From a virus (taxonomy: Duplodnaviria > Caudoviricetes), in the IMG/VR virus record IMGVR_UViG_3300013426_000017, positions 32,001-96,000 of that record: DNA of 64,000 nt. One strand, given 5' to 3'. Of this stretch, positions 63,159 to 64,000 are shown piece by piece. The notes beneath the pieces are model-generated. The model saw only the letters and a list, made by a program, of their open reading frames with translations. It made no database searches and was not told the origin of the DNA. A program made the translations under genes and the position numbers. Every line of letters begins with the position of its first letter. The stretch's first letter is position 1.

Positions 63159-63706
63159 TAGAAGAATGGAGACAAATTATAGAAGCACCTGATTGCGAGG
63201 TTAGTAATTATGGGAATGTTCGAGTTAGAGCTAGAACTATAATCACAACTACTGGGGGTAATCGTCATTATAATTCACGTATTATTTCACAAAATCGAAA
63301 GAAAAGTGGATATATTGAGGTTGCTTTGCCAATCGAAAAAGGGAAAAGAATATACCGTTTAGTTCATCGACTTGTGCTAGAAACATTTAATCCTGTTGAT
63401 GGTATGGAAACATTAGAAGTAAATCATATAGATGAAGATAAAACCAATAACAACCTTAATAATTTACAATGGGTATCTGCCAAACAAAATTGTAATTATG
63501 GCACAAGAAATGAAAATATTTCTACAAATGGCGTACGATATGAAATATATTGTCCTGAATTAAATAAAAGATTTTATTCGCAGAAAGAGGCGGCACAATA
63601 TATAGGGATTTCTACTGGCGCAATGAGTGAATACGTTAATGGAAAATCTAAACCGCGTAATGGATATCATTGGATTCGAGTTGGAGGATACGGTTATGAA
63701 AAATAA
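63155..63706 (+). CDS. Free-standing NUMOD4-HNH endonuclease splitting ligA
   Basis: EEWRQI...EVSNYGNVR, VHRLV, VNHIDEDKTNNNLNNLQWV...N; ATGA overlap with the ligA stop. Confidence 0.9.
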   Translation: MIEEWRQIIEAPDCEVSNYGNVRVRARTIITTTGGNRHYNSRIISQNRKKSGYIEVALPIEKGKRIYRLVHRLVLETFNPVDGMETLEVNHIDEDKTNNNLNNLQWVSAKQNCNYGTRNENISTNGVRYEIYCPELNKRFYSQKEAAQYIGISTGAMSEYVNGKSKPRNGYHWIRVGGYGYEK

Positions 63707-64000
63707 TATTTTATACATCCCACTACCCGATAGTTGCCCCATATGTGGCGGTCTTACTCAGATAAAAGAATCAGATAGCGGCACTCGAGAATTGTATTGC
63801 ACAAATCCAGATTGTCAAGCAAAATTAATTAATCGTATTGAACATTTCCTTAGTAAGAAAGGCTTAGATGCTCGTGGCATATCCAAAAAGACCCTTGAAA
63901 AGTTGATTGATTGGGGTTGGATTGAATCTCTCATAGACGTATTTAATCTCACGCCATATCGCAAAGAGTGGGTTCAGAAGCCTGGGTTTGGCGCAGCATC
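63696..64000 (+). CDS. ligA: NAD-dependent DNA ligase, C-terminal part (Zn finger and HhH), runs off the window
   Basis: Own RBS GGAGG. MKNNILYIPLPDSCPICG...LYCTNPDCQAKL...HFLSKKGLDARGIS.KT...PGFG. Confidence 0.85.
   Translation, partial: MKNNILYIPLPDSCPICGGLTQIKESDSGTRELYCTNPDCQAKLINRIEHFLSKKGLDARGISKKTLEKLIDWGWIESLIDVFNLTPYRKEWVQKPGFGAA

Noticed and set aside
63146-63706. Group I intron or intein in ligA
   Set aside because: The HNH ORF overlaps both ligase halves in different frames, leaving no ribozyme core and no intein termini.
1-64000. TGA recoding, rRNA, integrase/transposase, reverse transcriptase/DGR
   Set aside because: TGA behaves as a normal stop (many ATGA couplings); no motifs for the others were seen in this window.

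Overview
A 64-kb segment of a large, AT-rich (roughly 35% GC by eye) bacteriophage genome. A Firmicutes/Clostridia-like host is inferred from the sigma-A promoters, GGAGG ribosome-binding sites and an amidase with an SLH-like tail. The phage reads TAG as Gln (code 15): more than ten genes are interrupted only by in-frame TAG, some at motif positions where Gln is expected, and an amber suppressor tRNA (CUA) lies at 37572-37647. Layout: a divergence point and probable replication-origin region (three hairpins, 28-bp-period iterons, a wHTH Rep-like gene; 1-2.8 kb); early hypothetical genes behind near-consensus sigma-70-type promoters (2.9-19 kb); tRNA/ncRNA clusters with a ~630-nt ROOL-like RNA and an ArfA-like peptide (19-22.6, 37.5-38.2, 41.1-41.7 kb); a fibre/adhesin operon (22.9-34.4 kb); three methyltransferase-nuclease pairs; RNA repair genes (RNA ligase, kinase, phosphoesterases); PhoH, endolysin/holin, RNase H, gyrB/gyrA and a split NAD-dependent DNA ligase. 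Three group I introns interrupt tRNA-Leu(UAA), phoH and gyrA. The most striking observation is two nested tRNA genes, each with a whole tRNA inserted precisely in the anticodon loop of an otherwise intact tRNA: tRNA-Asn inside tRNA-Lys, and a degenerate long-arm tRNA inside tRNA-Pro. This suggests a tRNA-as-intron processing and ligation system. All calls are by eye; no database searches were run.
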